Assembly (NCBI GenBank): GCA_036400935.1
Contig: DASWWW010000001.1
Span: forward strand, 118,375-182,374
Source: Minisyncoccota bacterium
Lineage (GTDB): Bacteria > Patescibacteriota > Minisyncoccia > Phycocordibacterales > UBA6065
Direction of reading: 5' to 3'
DNA length: 64,000 bases
Positions within the stretch are counted from its first letter, which is position 1. The number at the start of each line of letters is the position of its first letter. A program made the translations under genes and the position numbers. Below the pieces are notes generated by a model, which had not been told where the DNA came from, ran no database searches, and saw nothing but the letters and a program-made list of their open reading frames with translations. This document shows, in pieces, positions 17,151-26,624 of this stretch.

Positions 17151-17179
17151 TTGACACCTCGCAATTCATTTGCTAGTAT
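17151..17179 (+). promoter_or_regulatory. sigma70-like promoter TTGACA-17-TAGTAT for rpsZ-rpsH-...-secY
   Basis: It is identical in architecture to the promoter at 12944. Confidence 0.55.
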
Positions 17180-17227
17180 GCCCAGACAAGCTTTTTTCAA
17201 GGCTTTTTTATTTACATCAGGGAAAAA

Positions 17228-17413
17228 ATGGCAAAAACATCAGTAATAGCGCGGTCACAGAAGAAACCAAAGTTCTCTACGAGGACTGTACGACGATGCT
17301 TCCGCTGCGGCCGAAAGAACGGCTTTATGCGAGATTTCGGAGTATGCCGAATCTGTTTCCGCGAGCTTGCTAACGACGGCCTCATCCCTGGTATAAAGAA
17401 ATCGTCTTGGTAG
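17228..17413 (+). CDS. rpsZ: 30S ribosomal protein S14 type Z (zinc-binding, 61 aa)
   Basis: It has the CxxC...CxxC pattern ([20 protein letters not shown]). Confidence 0.93.
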   Translation: MAKTSVIARSQKKPKFSTRTVRRCFRCGRKNGFMRDFGVCRICFRELANDGLIPGIKKSSW

Positions 17414-17487
17414 ACATTATTATTTAGGCAGTAGGGCGCGGGTGAATGCATAAAACCACCACAGCCGCGAACTAGACGCTAAACAAC

Positions 17488-17877
17488 ATGCAAGATTCAA
17501 TCTCACATCTCATCATTCAGATAAAGAACGGCTCCGCTGCAAAGAAGGAGACCGTCACCATGCCGCACTCGAATTTCACCGAGTCTGTCGCCATGGCTCT
17601 CGCTCGAAAGGGCTACGTAAAGCCAGCCGTTAAGAAGGGCAAGGGCGTCCAGAAGTCGATCGAGATCGGCCTCATCTACGTCAACGGCGCGGCTCGCGTC
17701 AACGACGTAAAGCGCATCTCGAAGCCTTCGAAGCGACTTTACAAGGGCTATTCTGAGATCCATCAGGTAAAGCAGGGCTACGGCTCTACCTTCGTCTCTA
17801 CTCCAAAAGGCATCCTTTCGGACGATGAGGCGCGCAAGGAAAAGGTCGGCGGCGAGGTACTCTTCCAGATCTGGTAA
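17488..17877 (+). CDS. rpsH: 30S ribosomal protein S8
   Basis: S8 homology is present. Confidence 0.92.
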   Translation: MQDSISHLIIQIKNGSAAKKETVTMPHSNFTESVAMALARKGYVKPAVKKGKGVQKSIEIGLIYVNGAARVNDVKRISKPSKRLYKGYSEIHQVKQGYGSTFVSTPKGILSDDEARKEKVGGEVLFQIW

Positions 17878-17901
17878 TATTTCATATTTAACAAAACTTC
17901 T

Positions 17902-18429
17902 ATGTCACGCGTTGCAAAAAAACCAATCGTAATACCAGAGAAGACTACCGTCTCTTATGACAACGGTACTGTCACCGTAAAGGGCCCTATGGGCGAGATG
18001 GTCCGTGCTTTCAAGCAGGGAGTCGATTTCAAGATCGAGAACGGCGCAGTCGTAGTGTCTCTCAAGCGACCTGAGGACTACATGCTCGTCGGCACCTATG
18101 CTTCTCACTTGAAGAACATGATCAAGGGCGTTACCGCCGGCTTCACCAAGAAGCTCATCATCGAGGGAATCGGATTCAAGTCCGACGTAAAGGGAACCAA
18201 GCTCGACCTCGCTCTCGGTTTCTCGCACCCAATCTCTCTTCCTATCCCAGCAGGCCTCAAGGTAACTGCGGAGAAGAACGTTGTCACTATCAGCGGCGTC
18301 TCGAACGAGGCCGTAGGCGAGTTCGCATCGAAGATCCGAGCCTTGAAGAAGCCAGAGCCGTACAAGGGCAAGGGTATTCGCTACGAGGGCGAAGTTATCA
18401 GGCGAAAGCAGGGTAAGAAAGCCGCGTAA
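17902..18429 (+). CDS. rplF: 50S ribosomal protein L6
   Basis: L6 homology is present. Confidence 0.93.
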   Translation: MSRVAKKPIVIPEKTTVSYDNGTVTVKGPMGEMVRAFKQGVDFKIENGAVVVSLKRPEDYMLVGTYASHLKNMIKGVTAGFTKKLIIEGIGFKSDVKGTKLDLALGFSHPISLPIPAGLKVTAEKNVVTISGVSNEAVGEFASKIRALKKPEPYKGKGIRYEGEVIRRKQGKKAA

Positions 18430-18447
18430 TCTGATTAAACTATATTT

Positions 18448-18795
18448 ATGGCAAATCCTAACATTAAGAGGCAGAAGCGAGTGCGACGACACGTCAAGAT
18501 CCGAACAAAGGTTTCGGGTACTGCCACCATGCCTCGACTCGCGGTATTCCGCTCTAACAAGTTCATGTACGCTCAGCTCATCGATGACGTAGCTGCAAAG
18601 ACTCTCGTCTCTGCCTCTTCTCTCGAGTCTAAAGGCAAGAAGTCCGAGGCTGCGTTCGCGGTAGGAAAGGAGATCGCAAAGAAGGCTCTCGCCCTCAAGG
18701 TAGAGACCGTGATCTTCGACCGAGGAGGCTTCGGATACAAGGGCCGAGTAAAGGCCCTCGCAGACGGCGCACGAGAAGGCGGGCTTAAGTTCTAA
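18448..18795 (+). CDS. rplR: 50S ribosomal protein L18
   Basis: L18 homology is present. Confidence 0.92.
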   Translation: MANPNIKRQKRVRRHVKIRTKVSGTATMPRLAVFRSNKFMYAQLIDDVAAKTLVSASSLESKGKKSEAAFAVGKEIAKKALALKVETVIFDRGGFGYKGRVKALADGAREGGLKF

Positions 18796-18803
18796 ATTAT
18801 TAT

Positions 18804-19418
18804 ATGAATCCAGAAACAACAACTAATACGGCAGCAGCTCCAGTCGCACCAGCGGCTCCTGCAACCCAGGCTCCAGGCGCTTTCGACAATCGCGTTCCTC
18901 GCGGCGCGCGACCAGGATCACGCGGCCCACGAAAGCCAGACTCTCGCGCTCCTCGCGCAAAGCCTGAGTACGACAGCGTCATGCTCAACATCCGACGCGT
19001 ATCTCGAACCGTTTCTGGCGGACGACGATTCGCATTCTCAGTAGCTCTCGTCGCAGGAAACCGAAAGGGACTCGTAGGCGTAGGCCTCGGAAAGGCGGGC
19101 GACACAGCTCTCGCGATCGACAAGGCTACCCGAAACGCAAAGAAGAACATGGTCAAGGTAAACGCGACCAAGGAGATGTCTATCCCTCACGAAGTGTCTG
19201 CAAAGTACTCTTCGGCTCGCGTAACCGTACGACCTGTTAAGGACCGAGGCCTCGTAGCCGGATCGGCTTGCCGAACCGTGCTCGAGCTCGCCGGCCTTAC
19301 GAACGTCGCCGCAAAGATCATCTCTCCTTCAAAGAACAAGCTCAACATCGCTCGCGCTACTATCATGGCTCTCGAGGGGCTTACTCTCAGCCGACCTACT
19401 TCGTCGAAGAAAGCATAA
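18804..19418 (+). CDS. rpsE: 30S ribosomal protein S5 with an Ala/Pro/Arg-rich N-terminal extension
   Basis: The S5 dsRBD and C-terminal domains are present. rplO follows directly, with no rpmD. Confidence 0.92.
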   Translation: MNPETTTNTAAAPVAPAAPATQAPGAFDNRVPRGARPGSRGPRKPDSRAPRAKPEYDSVMLNIRRVSRTVSGGRRFAFSVALVAGNRKGLVGVGLGKAGDTALAIDKATRNAKKNMVKVNATKEMSIPHEVSAKYSSARVTVRPVKDRGLVAGSACRTVLELAGLTNVAAKIISPSKNKLNIARATIMALEGLTLSRPTSSKKA

Positions 19419-19433
19419 TTTAATACCAATCAT

Positions 19434-19877
19434 ATGAAACTTCACGATCTAAAGAGGAAGACGCCTAACTACAAAGCAGCCCAGGTGGGACGCGGAGGAA
19501 AGCGAGGCAAGACATCGGGCCGAGGAACGAAGGGACAGGACTCCCGATCGGGCCACAAGAAGCGCCCAGAGCTTCGAGACTTCATCAAGAAGGTTCCGAA
19601 GATGCGAGGACGAGGAAAGAACTCCTTCAAGTCATTCGCTGAGCGAGCTACCGTAGTTCCATTGTCGGCTATCGACAAGGTCTACAAGGACGGCGAGCGA
19701 GTAGAGCCGGCAACCCTCGTAAAGAAGGGACTTGTCGAGCGAACCGAAGGAAATTTCCCGCGAATCAAGATCCTCCTCTCAGGAGAAATTACAAAGAAGG
19801 TTACCGTTTCCGGCGTCGAGATCTCAGCATCGACAAAGGCGGCGATCGAGAAAGCAGGCGGCACAGTTCACGCTTAA
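19434..19877 (+). CDS. rplO: 50S ribosomal protein L15
   Basis: L15 homology is present. Confidence 0.92.
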   Translation: MKLHDLKRKTPNYKAAQVGRGGKRGKTSGRGTKGQDSRSGHKKRPELRDFIKKVPKMRGRGKNSFKSFAERATVVPLSAIDKVYKDGERVEPATLVKKGLVERTEGNFPRIKILLSGEITKKVTVSGVEISASTKAAIEKAGGTVHA

Positions 19878-19948
19878 GCGCCAACATCCCGCCAAAACGG
19901 GATGTTTCGCTATTTTAAAGAATCATTACAAGAGCTAAAAACACAGAC

Positions 19949-21220
19949 ATGAACGCATTCGTAAGCAAGGTTTCGCACATATTCCGCGACAAGAGCCTCC
20001 GAAAGAGGATTCTTTTCGTGGTTCTCGCCCTCGTGGTCTTCCGACTGCTCACCAATATCCCGATCCCAGGAATCGATACCGCGAAGCTCGCGAGCCTCTT
20101 TGCAGGCAGCCAGTTCCTCGGCCTCTTGAACGTCTTCTCCGGAGGCGGATTGGCGAACCTCTCGATCGTCATGCTTGGCGTCGGACCGTACATCACGGCT
20201 TCGATCATCATGCAGCTCCTCACCATCATGTCTCCTTCGATGAAGGCCATGTACCAGGAGGAGGGCGAGGCAGGCAGGGCGAAGTTCGCGCAGTACTCGC
20301 GCCGATTGGCTTTGCCTCTCGCATTGCTCCAGGCTTTCAGCTTCATCATCATCTTCCAGAAGCAGGGGATCATTCCTGACCTTACGCTCCTCTCGCTCAT
20401 CCTCAATGTTCTCGTGATCTCGGCCGGCTCGATGCTCCTCATGTGGATCGGCGAGCTCATTACCGAGTTCGGACTCGGGAACGGTACGTCCCTCATCATC
20501 TTCGCGGGTATCGTGGCGAGCCTTCCTCAGGGCATCCTCGGCGCATTCCAGGCATACGATCCTTCGCAGCTTCCTATCTATATCGGCGTTATCGCCCTCG
20601 CCCTCATCATCATCTACGCGGTCGTGGTGGTGACAGAGGCAGAGCGACCGATCCCTGTGACCTACGCAAAGCAGGTTCGCGGCATGAAGGTCTACGGCGG
20701 CGTCTCTACATACCTCCCGTTGCGCCTCAACCAGGCCGGAGTTATTCCGATCATCTTCGCTCTCTCTATCCTCCTTTTCCCTCAGATGATCTTCAACTTC
20801 TTCGCCGCTTCAGCTAACGCGACCCTCAACAGCATAGCAACGGTCGGCCTCGGTCTCCTCAACAATCATTGGTTCTATAACTCGTTCTATTTCCTCCTCG
20901 TATTCGTATTCACGTACTTCTACACGGCGGTCACGTTCGATCCGACCATGATCTCGGAGAATCTCCAGAAGTCCGGCGCATTCATCCCAGGCGTCCGACC
21001 AGGGCAGTCTACGGCCGAGCACCTCTCGAAGATCGTTACCCGAATCACACTCGTGGGCGCGCTCTTCCTCGGCATCATCGCGGTGCTTCCTCTCATTCTC
21101 AAGTCGGTCTCGGGCATTACCGCTATCGCGATCGGAGGAACGTCTCTCCTCATCGTGGTATCCGTAGTCCTCGATGTCGTAAAGAAGCTCGACGCGCAGC
21201 TGTCGATGCGGGAGTACTAA
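19949..21220 (+). CDS. secY: preprotein translocase subunit SecY
   Basis: It has 10 TM segments with SecY motifs. Confidence 0.95.
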   Translation: MNAFVSKVSHIFRDKSLRKRILFVVLALVVFRLLTNIPIPGIDTAKLASLFAGSQFLGLLNVFSGGGLANLSIVMLGVGPYITASIIMQLLTIMSPSMKAMYQEEGEAGRAKFAQYSRRLALPLALLQAFSFIIIFQKQGIIPDLTLLSLILNVLVISAGSMLLMWIGELITEFGLGNGTSLIIFAGIVASLPQGILGAFQAYDPSQLPIYIGVIALALIIIYAVVVVTEAERPIPVTYAKQVRGMKVYGGVSTYLPLRLNQAGVIPIIFALSILLFPQMIFNFFAASANATLNSIATVGLGLLNNHWFYNSFYFLLVFVFTYFYTAVTFDPTMISENLQKSGAFIPGVRPGQSTAEHLSKIVTRITLVGALFLGIIAVLPLILKSVSGITAIAIGGTSLLIVVSVVLDVVKKLDAQLSMREY

Positions 21221-21415
21221 TATCCCTTCTGGACTCGTTAGAGAACACACAAAACCGATCCGGCGATCGGTTTTGTTCTGTCCTCGGCTCGCATCCGTCA
21301 AGGACAGACCGTTGACGGAACCGTGCTGCTCGCCTGCGGAGTTTCTCTAACGAGTCCGGAAGGGCAACTGTGTCGCTTTGCTGCAATCAGGGACGGTGGT
21401 AGAGTTGGAGAAGCG

Positions 21416-21724
21416 ATGAAAACCTTGTTCCTGTCGGTGTTACTGACGGTATTGCCGCTTCAAGCGTTGTCTGCCCAGACTACCGAAAAGCCCATTGAGA
21501 GGATCGGCGAAGTAAAGAAGGAGGTGATCCTCATTTATGAGGGAGTTACCTACAGAATTTGCGTCTCGGGCCGCGCATTCCATTCAAGGGCGGTTCAGAA
21601 GTTGACGAAAGACGGTGCGTGGGAGTCGGCAAGCGATAAGGAGGAGAAGATGCTCAAGGAATTAGGCTCAGACCTTTCCATGGCATCGGTTAAGGGCCAG
21701 CTCCTATTCTTCAAGAAAAAATGA
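21416..21724 (+). CDS. small secreted protein (hypothetical) inserted between secY and adk
   Basis: The ATG at 21416 has a GGAGAAG RBS and a signal peptide (MKTLFLSVLLTVLPLQALSA). Terminators flank both sides. Confidence 0.5.
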   Translation: MKTLFLSVLLTVLPLQALSAQTTEKPIERIGEVKKEVILIYEGVTYRICVSGRAFHSRAVQKLTKDGAWESASDKEEKMLKELGSDLSMASVKGQLLFFKKK

Positions 21725-21795
21725 AGTTTTACCAAGCCTCTCTGCACCACGCAAAGAGGCTTTTTTATTTTCCGGGATCGGGTAGACTGTAGTTC

Positions 21796-22383
21796 ATGCA
21801 TCACACACTTATCTTCATAGGCAAATCGGGGACCGGAAAGGGGACCCAGGTAAAGCTTTTGGAAAAATACCTCTCGGCAAAGGATCCTAACACCCCGATA
21901 ATCCCTCTGGAGACCGGCGACTTCCTGCGCCAGTATTTCGCGAGCGGCACGTACTCGAGCGAGATATCGAAAAAGATCACGGAATCGGGTGGCCTTCAGC
22001 CAGAATTCATAACAGTAAACATGTGGTCGAACTTCCTCCTGAAGTTCATGAAGCCGGACACGCACATTTTCGTCGACGGAACGCCTCGTAGGCTTCATGA
22101 GGCCGAGGTTTTCGATTCAGCGGTCAGGTTTTATGATCGCAAGAATCCCGTCGTGATCCTTATCAACGTGCCTCAGGACGTTCTGACCGAGCGCCTTATG
22201 AAGAGGGGACGCACCGACGATACGGTTAGCGGCATCAAGAAGCGCATGTCCTGGTTCGAGGAGAATGTCATGCCGTGCGTTGAATACTACAGGAACAACC
22301 CTCACTACAAGTTCGTAGAGATCGACGGCGATCAGACTGTCGAGTCGGTGCACGCCGATATCCTTAAGGCTATTGGAATTTAA
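21796..22383 (+). CDS. adk: adenylate kinase-like P-loop kinase
   Basis: It has the GKSGTGKGTQ P-loop and sits at the canonical position after secY. Confidence 0.8.
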   Translation: MHHTLIFIGKSGTGKGTQVKLLEKYLSAKDPNTPIIPLETGDFLRQYFASGTYSSEISKKITESGGLQPEFITVNMWSNFLLKFMKPDTHIFVDGTPRRLHEAEVFDSAVRFYDRKNPVVILINVPQDVLTERLMKRGRTDDTVSGIKKRMSWFEENVMPCVEYYRNNPHYKFVEIDGDQTVESVHADILKAIGI

Positions 22384-22386
22384 ATA

Positions 22387-23157
22387 ATGGCAATTAACAT
22401 CAAAAAACCCGAAGAGATAGAGATCCTGCGCGAAGGAGGGAAGCGCCATGCTTTTATATTGAAGGAGCTTTCAAAGATGGTAGCTCCCGGAGTCTCGACA
22501 AAGGACATCGATGACGCGGCGGCCAAAATGATCGCCGAGGGCGGCGACACGTCGGCCTTCCTCAACTACAAGCCGTACGGCGCAAAGAGGCCGTTCCCGG
22601 CATCGATTTGCATGTCGGTAAACGATGCGGTCGTTCACGGCATTCCGAACGAGACGCCGTATATTCTCAAGGAGGGCGATATCGTCACTCTCGACATTGG
22701 CCTTGTCCATAAGGGTATGATTACCGATGCCGCCGTAACCTTGCCTGTGGGCAAGGTGGACGCCGATTCGGCGCGACTTTTGAAGGATACGAAGCAGGCC
22801 TTGGCCCTAGGCATAAAGGCGGCTAAAGGAGGCAATACTACGGGCCATATAGGAGAGGCTATAGAGCTCTATATTGGCCCTAAAGGCTATGGAATCGTCG
22901 AGGAGCTCGCTGGGCACGGCGTAGGCTATAAAGTGCATGAAGACCCGTATGTGCCCAATTACGGCATTGCAGGCGAGGGCGACAAATTGGTCCCTGGAAT
23001 GGTCATTGCTATCGAGCCGATCGTCAATTTGGGAACAGAGAAGATAAGGCTCGACAAGGACGGCTATACCTACAGGACAGCGGATGGCAGGAATAGCGCT
23101 CATTTCGAGCATACCGTCGTCATTACCGAGAAGGGCTGCGAAGTGCTTACTCAATAA
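22387..23157 (+). CDS. map: methionine aminopeptidase type I
   Basis: It has the MetAP fold with the metal ligands D, D, H, E, E. Confidence 0.92.
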   Translation: MAINIKKPEEIEILREGGKRHAFILKELSKMVAPGVSTKDIDDAAAKMIAEGGDTSAFLNYKPYGAKRPFPASICMSVNDAVVHGIPNETPYILKEGDIVTLDIGLVHKGMITDAAVTLPVGKVDADSARLLKDTKQALALGIKAAKGGNTTGHIGEAIELYIGPKGYGIVEELAGHGVGYKVHEDPYVPNYGIAGEGDKLVPGMVIAIEPIVNLGTEKIRLDKDGYTYRTADGRNSAHFEHTVVITEKGCEVLTQ

Positions 23158-23168
23158 ATAATTTACAT

Positions 23169-23774
23169 ATGCATCCAAAGAAAGAGCGAACGCTTGTATT
23201 CGTGAAGCCTGACGGTGTTCAGAGGTCTCTTGTGGGCGAGATTATCGGGCGCTTTGAGAGGATCGGACTAAAGATGGTCGCCCTGAAGATGGCGGCGCCT
23301 TCGCTTGATTTTGTCGAGAAGCACTGCACGCTCGATTCCACATGGAAGCACAATGTGGGCACGAAATCCATAAAGGCATATACGGACAAGGGCGAGCAGC
23401 ACCCTGCGGGCAGCGATCCTTTGAAGGTTGCCGACATCATCCTGAACAAGCTCAAGAAGTATCTGACCAGCGGGCCTGTGGTCGTTATGGTCCTGGAGGG
23501 CGCTCACGCCGTATCCGTAGTCCGCAAGCTCGTCGGCTCGACTGAGCCTCTGTCGTCAGATGTCGGAACTATTCGCGGAGACTTTGTCCTCGATTCGTAT
23601 TTCATGTCGGATGTGGACAAGAGGGCGGTGCGAAATTTGATCCATGCGTCAGGGTCGCCAGCAGAGGCCGAGATGGAGATAGCGCACTGGTTCTCGAAGG
23701 ATGAGGTTATTGACTATCGTCACGTTCAGGAGAAGATCCTCTATGATGTGAATATGGACGGGAAGACTGAATAG
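23169..23774 (+). CDS. ndk: nucleoside diphosphate kinase (long form with an insertion)
   Basis: It has the KPDGV motif and the NLIHASGS..AE.EI..WF active-site region. Confidence 0.8.
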   Translation: MHPKKERTLVFVKPDGVQRSLVGEIIGRFERIGLKMVALKMAAPSLDFVEKHCTLDSTWKHNVGTKSIKAYTDKGEQHPAGSDPLKVADIILNKLKKYLTSGPVVVMVLEGAHAVSVVRKLVGSTEPLSSDVGTIRGDFVLDSYFMSDVDKRAVRNLIHASGSPAEAEMEIAHWFSKDEVIDYRHVQEKILYDVNMDGKTE

Positions 23775-23830
23775 AAATAGGTCGCTTTCATAAAAAAGGC
23801 CCGCGCATGCGCGGGCCTTGCTGATTTTGG

Positions 23831-24751
23831 TCAGCGGTTCTGGATCACGTACAGCTCTGCGAGGGCGTTGCCGTTCCCGTTGTCTTCGATAAAGACGTCG
23901 CGCCGAGTCGGACCTTTGACGGTAACGGGCGCGACTAACGCGGAATCCATCGAGTTGGCAGGGAATCGGAATGCGCCGACCTGATCGAATGTGGCCCAGG
24001 TCGCATTGCCCGTGCTCCAGCCCGAGTTCCGACCGAGGACGACTGTCCCTGTAGGAGTCTTCTCGAGGAGGAGGAGTCGCGGATTCGCCATGACGTTGGT
24101 AACGCCGAATGCCGCAAGCGAAGGCCCTGCGGCTCGCACTAGGAGGTTCCGCACGCCGTCGCCCGCGAATATGACTCCGAGGATGATCGGTGAGCCTGTC
24201 GAGCCGGCCAATCGGATCGAGGCATTGAATATCTCGCTTCCGACGTTCCGATTCTGGCCCCGCTGGTATGACAGGTCATAGACCTCTACCTGGCATACGC
24301 CCGCTGGCGTATTGCCTTTGGGCTTCGCCGTTATGGTGTATGCGCCGGGCGGGAGGTCCAGCACGACTGCGGCATCCTTGCCTCCGGCCGCGATAGCGTA
24401 AGCCCCTGCTTGCAGCATGGCCAGCTTGTTCGCGTCCGTCGCGGCCCAATCGTCATTTCTGGCGATCTCGCGGCTTTCGCTGTTGTAGACGGCGAGCTCG
24501 GGGTCGGGCATAGTGCCTGGGACTCCGAACGTAGGGTCAGCCAATGTCGGCCCGACTACGCGGATGACCACGGTCTTTACCCGCGGCCCGCCGATGACGA
24601 ACCCCGCGTGAAGCTCGTTCGCCGACGTACCTGACGCGAATGCTCGCACCGAGAAGTTTATGAGCTGAGGAATATCCGTAGCACCAGATGCCGCATTGGC
24701 ACCGAAGAAGGCGATCGCGAGGACTGCCTTGAGGGGACTGAATTTATTCAT
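23831..24751 (-). CDS. secreted protein with two PPC-like 'NDDW' beta-sandwich repeats
   Basis: It has a signal peptide. Two copies of the motif LINFSVRAF....GFVIGGPRVKTVVIRVVGPTL..FGV...DPELAVY....IARNDDW are paralogous to 1..426 and 629..1438. Confidence 0.7.
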   Translation of the reverse strand: MNKFSPLKAVLAIAFFGANAASGATDIPQLINFSVRAFASGTSANELHAGFVIGGPRVKTVVIRVVGPTLADPTFGVPGTMPDPELAVYNSESREIARNDDWAATDANKLAMLQAGAYAIAAGGKDAAVVLDLPPGAYTITAKPKGNTPAGVCQVEVYDLSYQRGQNRNVGSEIFNASIRLAGSTGSPIILGVIFAGDGVRNLLVRAAGPSLAAFGVTNVMANPRLLLLEKTPTGTVVLGRNSGWSTGNATWATFDQVGAFRFPANSMDSALVAPVTVKGPTRRDVFIEDNGNGNALAELYVIQNR

Positions 24752-24925
24752 GTTAATGTCTGTCGTTCGGGAGTTGGGAAGTGATCTGACTCAAAGAACT
24801 ATGTTGCAAATACTACATATTTAATGACGTTTGTCAATGATGGGTAATTACAAATCGGCCCTGTTTTGGCAATAAAAAAGCCCCGCATCGTGTTAGATGT
24901 GGGGCGGTAGCCGGTAGGCCGGGCG

Positions 24926-25387
24926 CTATTCGTTGCGCGCGACCTTGGAGGGCTTGGTCAGGATGACCGTGACGGCGTTGCGGCCGAGCTTGTAGCCGTT
25001 CTCGGTGCCGTGGCCGACGCCGAGGGTGGTCGCGGCGCGGTACAGGTTGTCCTTGCCGTGGGCCTGGTTGAGCGCGGCAATCTCGTCCTGGGTCGCAGCG
25101 CGGCAGGGCACCTTCAGCACCTTGTTGGCGTGCTCGATGGCCTTGGCCTCGTCGCCGAACTTGTCGTGGCTGTAGAAGAGCACATCGCCGGTCTTGTTGC
25201 CGGGGATTTTGTGCTGCAGGCCGGCGAACACGATGTCGGGCGCTGCCTTCTGGACGGCCGCCGTGGCCGCGGTGGGCTTGGTGGCGGTATTCGCATCCTT
25301 GGACTGGGTTTGGGCGCTAACGGTCAGGCCGAAGACCAGACCGGTCGCGAGGATGCTGATTTTGCGGGCGATGTTGAGCTTTTTCAT
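24926..25387 (-). CDS. small secreted protein (hypothetical)
   Basis: It has a signal peptide (MKKLNIARKISILATGLVFGLTVSA). A terminator hairpin on the minus strand lies at 24876..24912. Confidence 0.55.
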   Translation of the reverse strand: MKKLNIARKISILATGLVFGLTVSAQTQSKDANTATKPTAATAAVQKAAPDIVFAGLQHKIPGNKTGDVLFYSHDKFGDEAKAIEHANKVLKVPCRAATQDEIAALNQAHGKDNLYRAATTLGVGHGTENGYKLGRNAVTVILTKPSKVARNE

Positions 25388-25608
25388 GTTTTTGGAGCCT
25401 GCTCGTGAGAGCAGATTTTAAGGCTCTATTAAGCCCTAAAATCTGCCCTCACTGTATCCCTTTATGTTAAGGGCGCTCCGTGCGAGCGCCGTCCTATTTG
25501 TGACATTAACATAGGTTATAAATATGTCAACTGCATCAAAAATGCAATAAAAAACACCTCCTGGAGGGAGGTGGAACGATCCCGTGAGGGATCGGCTGGT
25601 CTGGCCGA

Positions 25609-26223
25609 CTAGGCAGCGGCGAGCTGGCCCGTGTCGGTCACCTGGCGCGCGCTGGCGGTCTCGAAGTTCTGCAAGCTCGCGGCAATTTCGGTCACACCGT
25701 TGGTGGTGGCGCCGTAATCGCTGTGGGTTCGCGTATTGGAGATCTGGCCGTCGCCCGTATTGTTGACCGCGAGGTTGCCGAAGGTATTGATGGCGCTGCC
25801 GCGGGCGATGTTGCCGTTTTTGGCCGTCGTGAGGATCGTGGGGGTAGCCGCCGTAACCATACCGGCACCGCCGTTGTCCTTGATGGCGTGCGGGGAGACG
25901 TCGATCGTCGCGCCGGTGCTGATACCGCTGAGGCCCACGTTGGTCTCGGTCGAGGAGGTCGAGATCGTCACTGCGAGCACCAAAGCCGGACTGGCCGTGG
26001 AGCGCGAGGTGTCGGAAGCGAAATCGCTGACGTCGAGCTTGCCGGGAGCGGCATTGCACTGGATGTTGATGGCCGGCCCTGCCGTGGTGGCGTTGGGCAC
26101 GGTGTATTCGGTGGTCTGGTTGAGGGTGGACTTGATGCTGACAAGTGACGCGTTCGCGGAAGCGAAGCACGTACCGAGGAGGGCGACGAGGCCCACGAGC
26201 AGTCGGGAATTCCGAGTGATCAT
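25609..26223 (-). CDS. secreted Thr/Ser/Asn-rich surface protein (hypothetical, pilin/adhesin-like)
   Basis: It has a signal peptide (MITRNSRLLVGLVALLGTCFASANA). The start was chosen at the internal Met; 26247 is an alternative. A strong minus-strand terminator lies at 25548..25590. Confidence 0.5.
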   Translation of the reverse strand: MITRNSRLLVGLVALLGTCFASANASLVSIKSTLNQTTEYTVPNATTAGPAINIQCNAAPGKLDVSDFASDTSRSTASPALVLAVTISTSSTETNVGLSGISTGATIDVSPHAIKDNGGAGMVTAATPTILTTAKNGNIARGSAINTFGNLAVNNTGDGQISNTRTHSDYGATTNGVTEIAASLQNFETASARQVTDTGQLAAA

Positions 26224-26624
26224 GATTTTCGAGACGCTACCTTGCATTGAAAGCCCTTTTGTACCAATCCTTGCGGACCGTACGGTGAAATGGAAAGAGC
26301 TTGATGGATTCACTCTACCAGCCGCCCGATTTTCCGCAAATGAAGTTATCCACCGCATTTTACTCTTCAGTTTTTTCGTTTTGTATCCGTTATCCATGGT
26401 TGCGGGGAAGCGGGTCGGCTTTATAATGACTATAGGGTTATTCAAAATATTAACTCTATAACATTTTTTGAGGGAGATTTATATCGGTGCATACCCTTGG
26501 GTATCGCATCTGCGATCACCCACCTAGGTAATCCTAGGGACAATATTTTGAATGACCCCCTAAGGACGCCCGCGAAAGCGGGTTTTCTTAATAGAGGCCA
26601 AATTTTGAATGCTATACTAATCCC

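Noticed and set aside
25436-26461. ORFs 25436..26170 (-), 25723..26148 (+) and 25736..26461 (+) overlapping the 25609..26223 gene
   Set aside because: They are alternate frames of the same GC-rich region. Only the chosen frame has a signal peptide followed by a coherent Thr/Ser/Asn-rich secreted-protein sequence, and it is flanked by a strong terminator.
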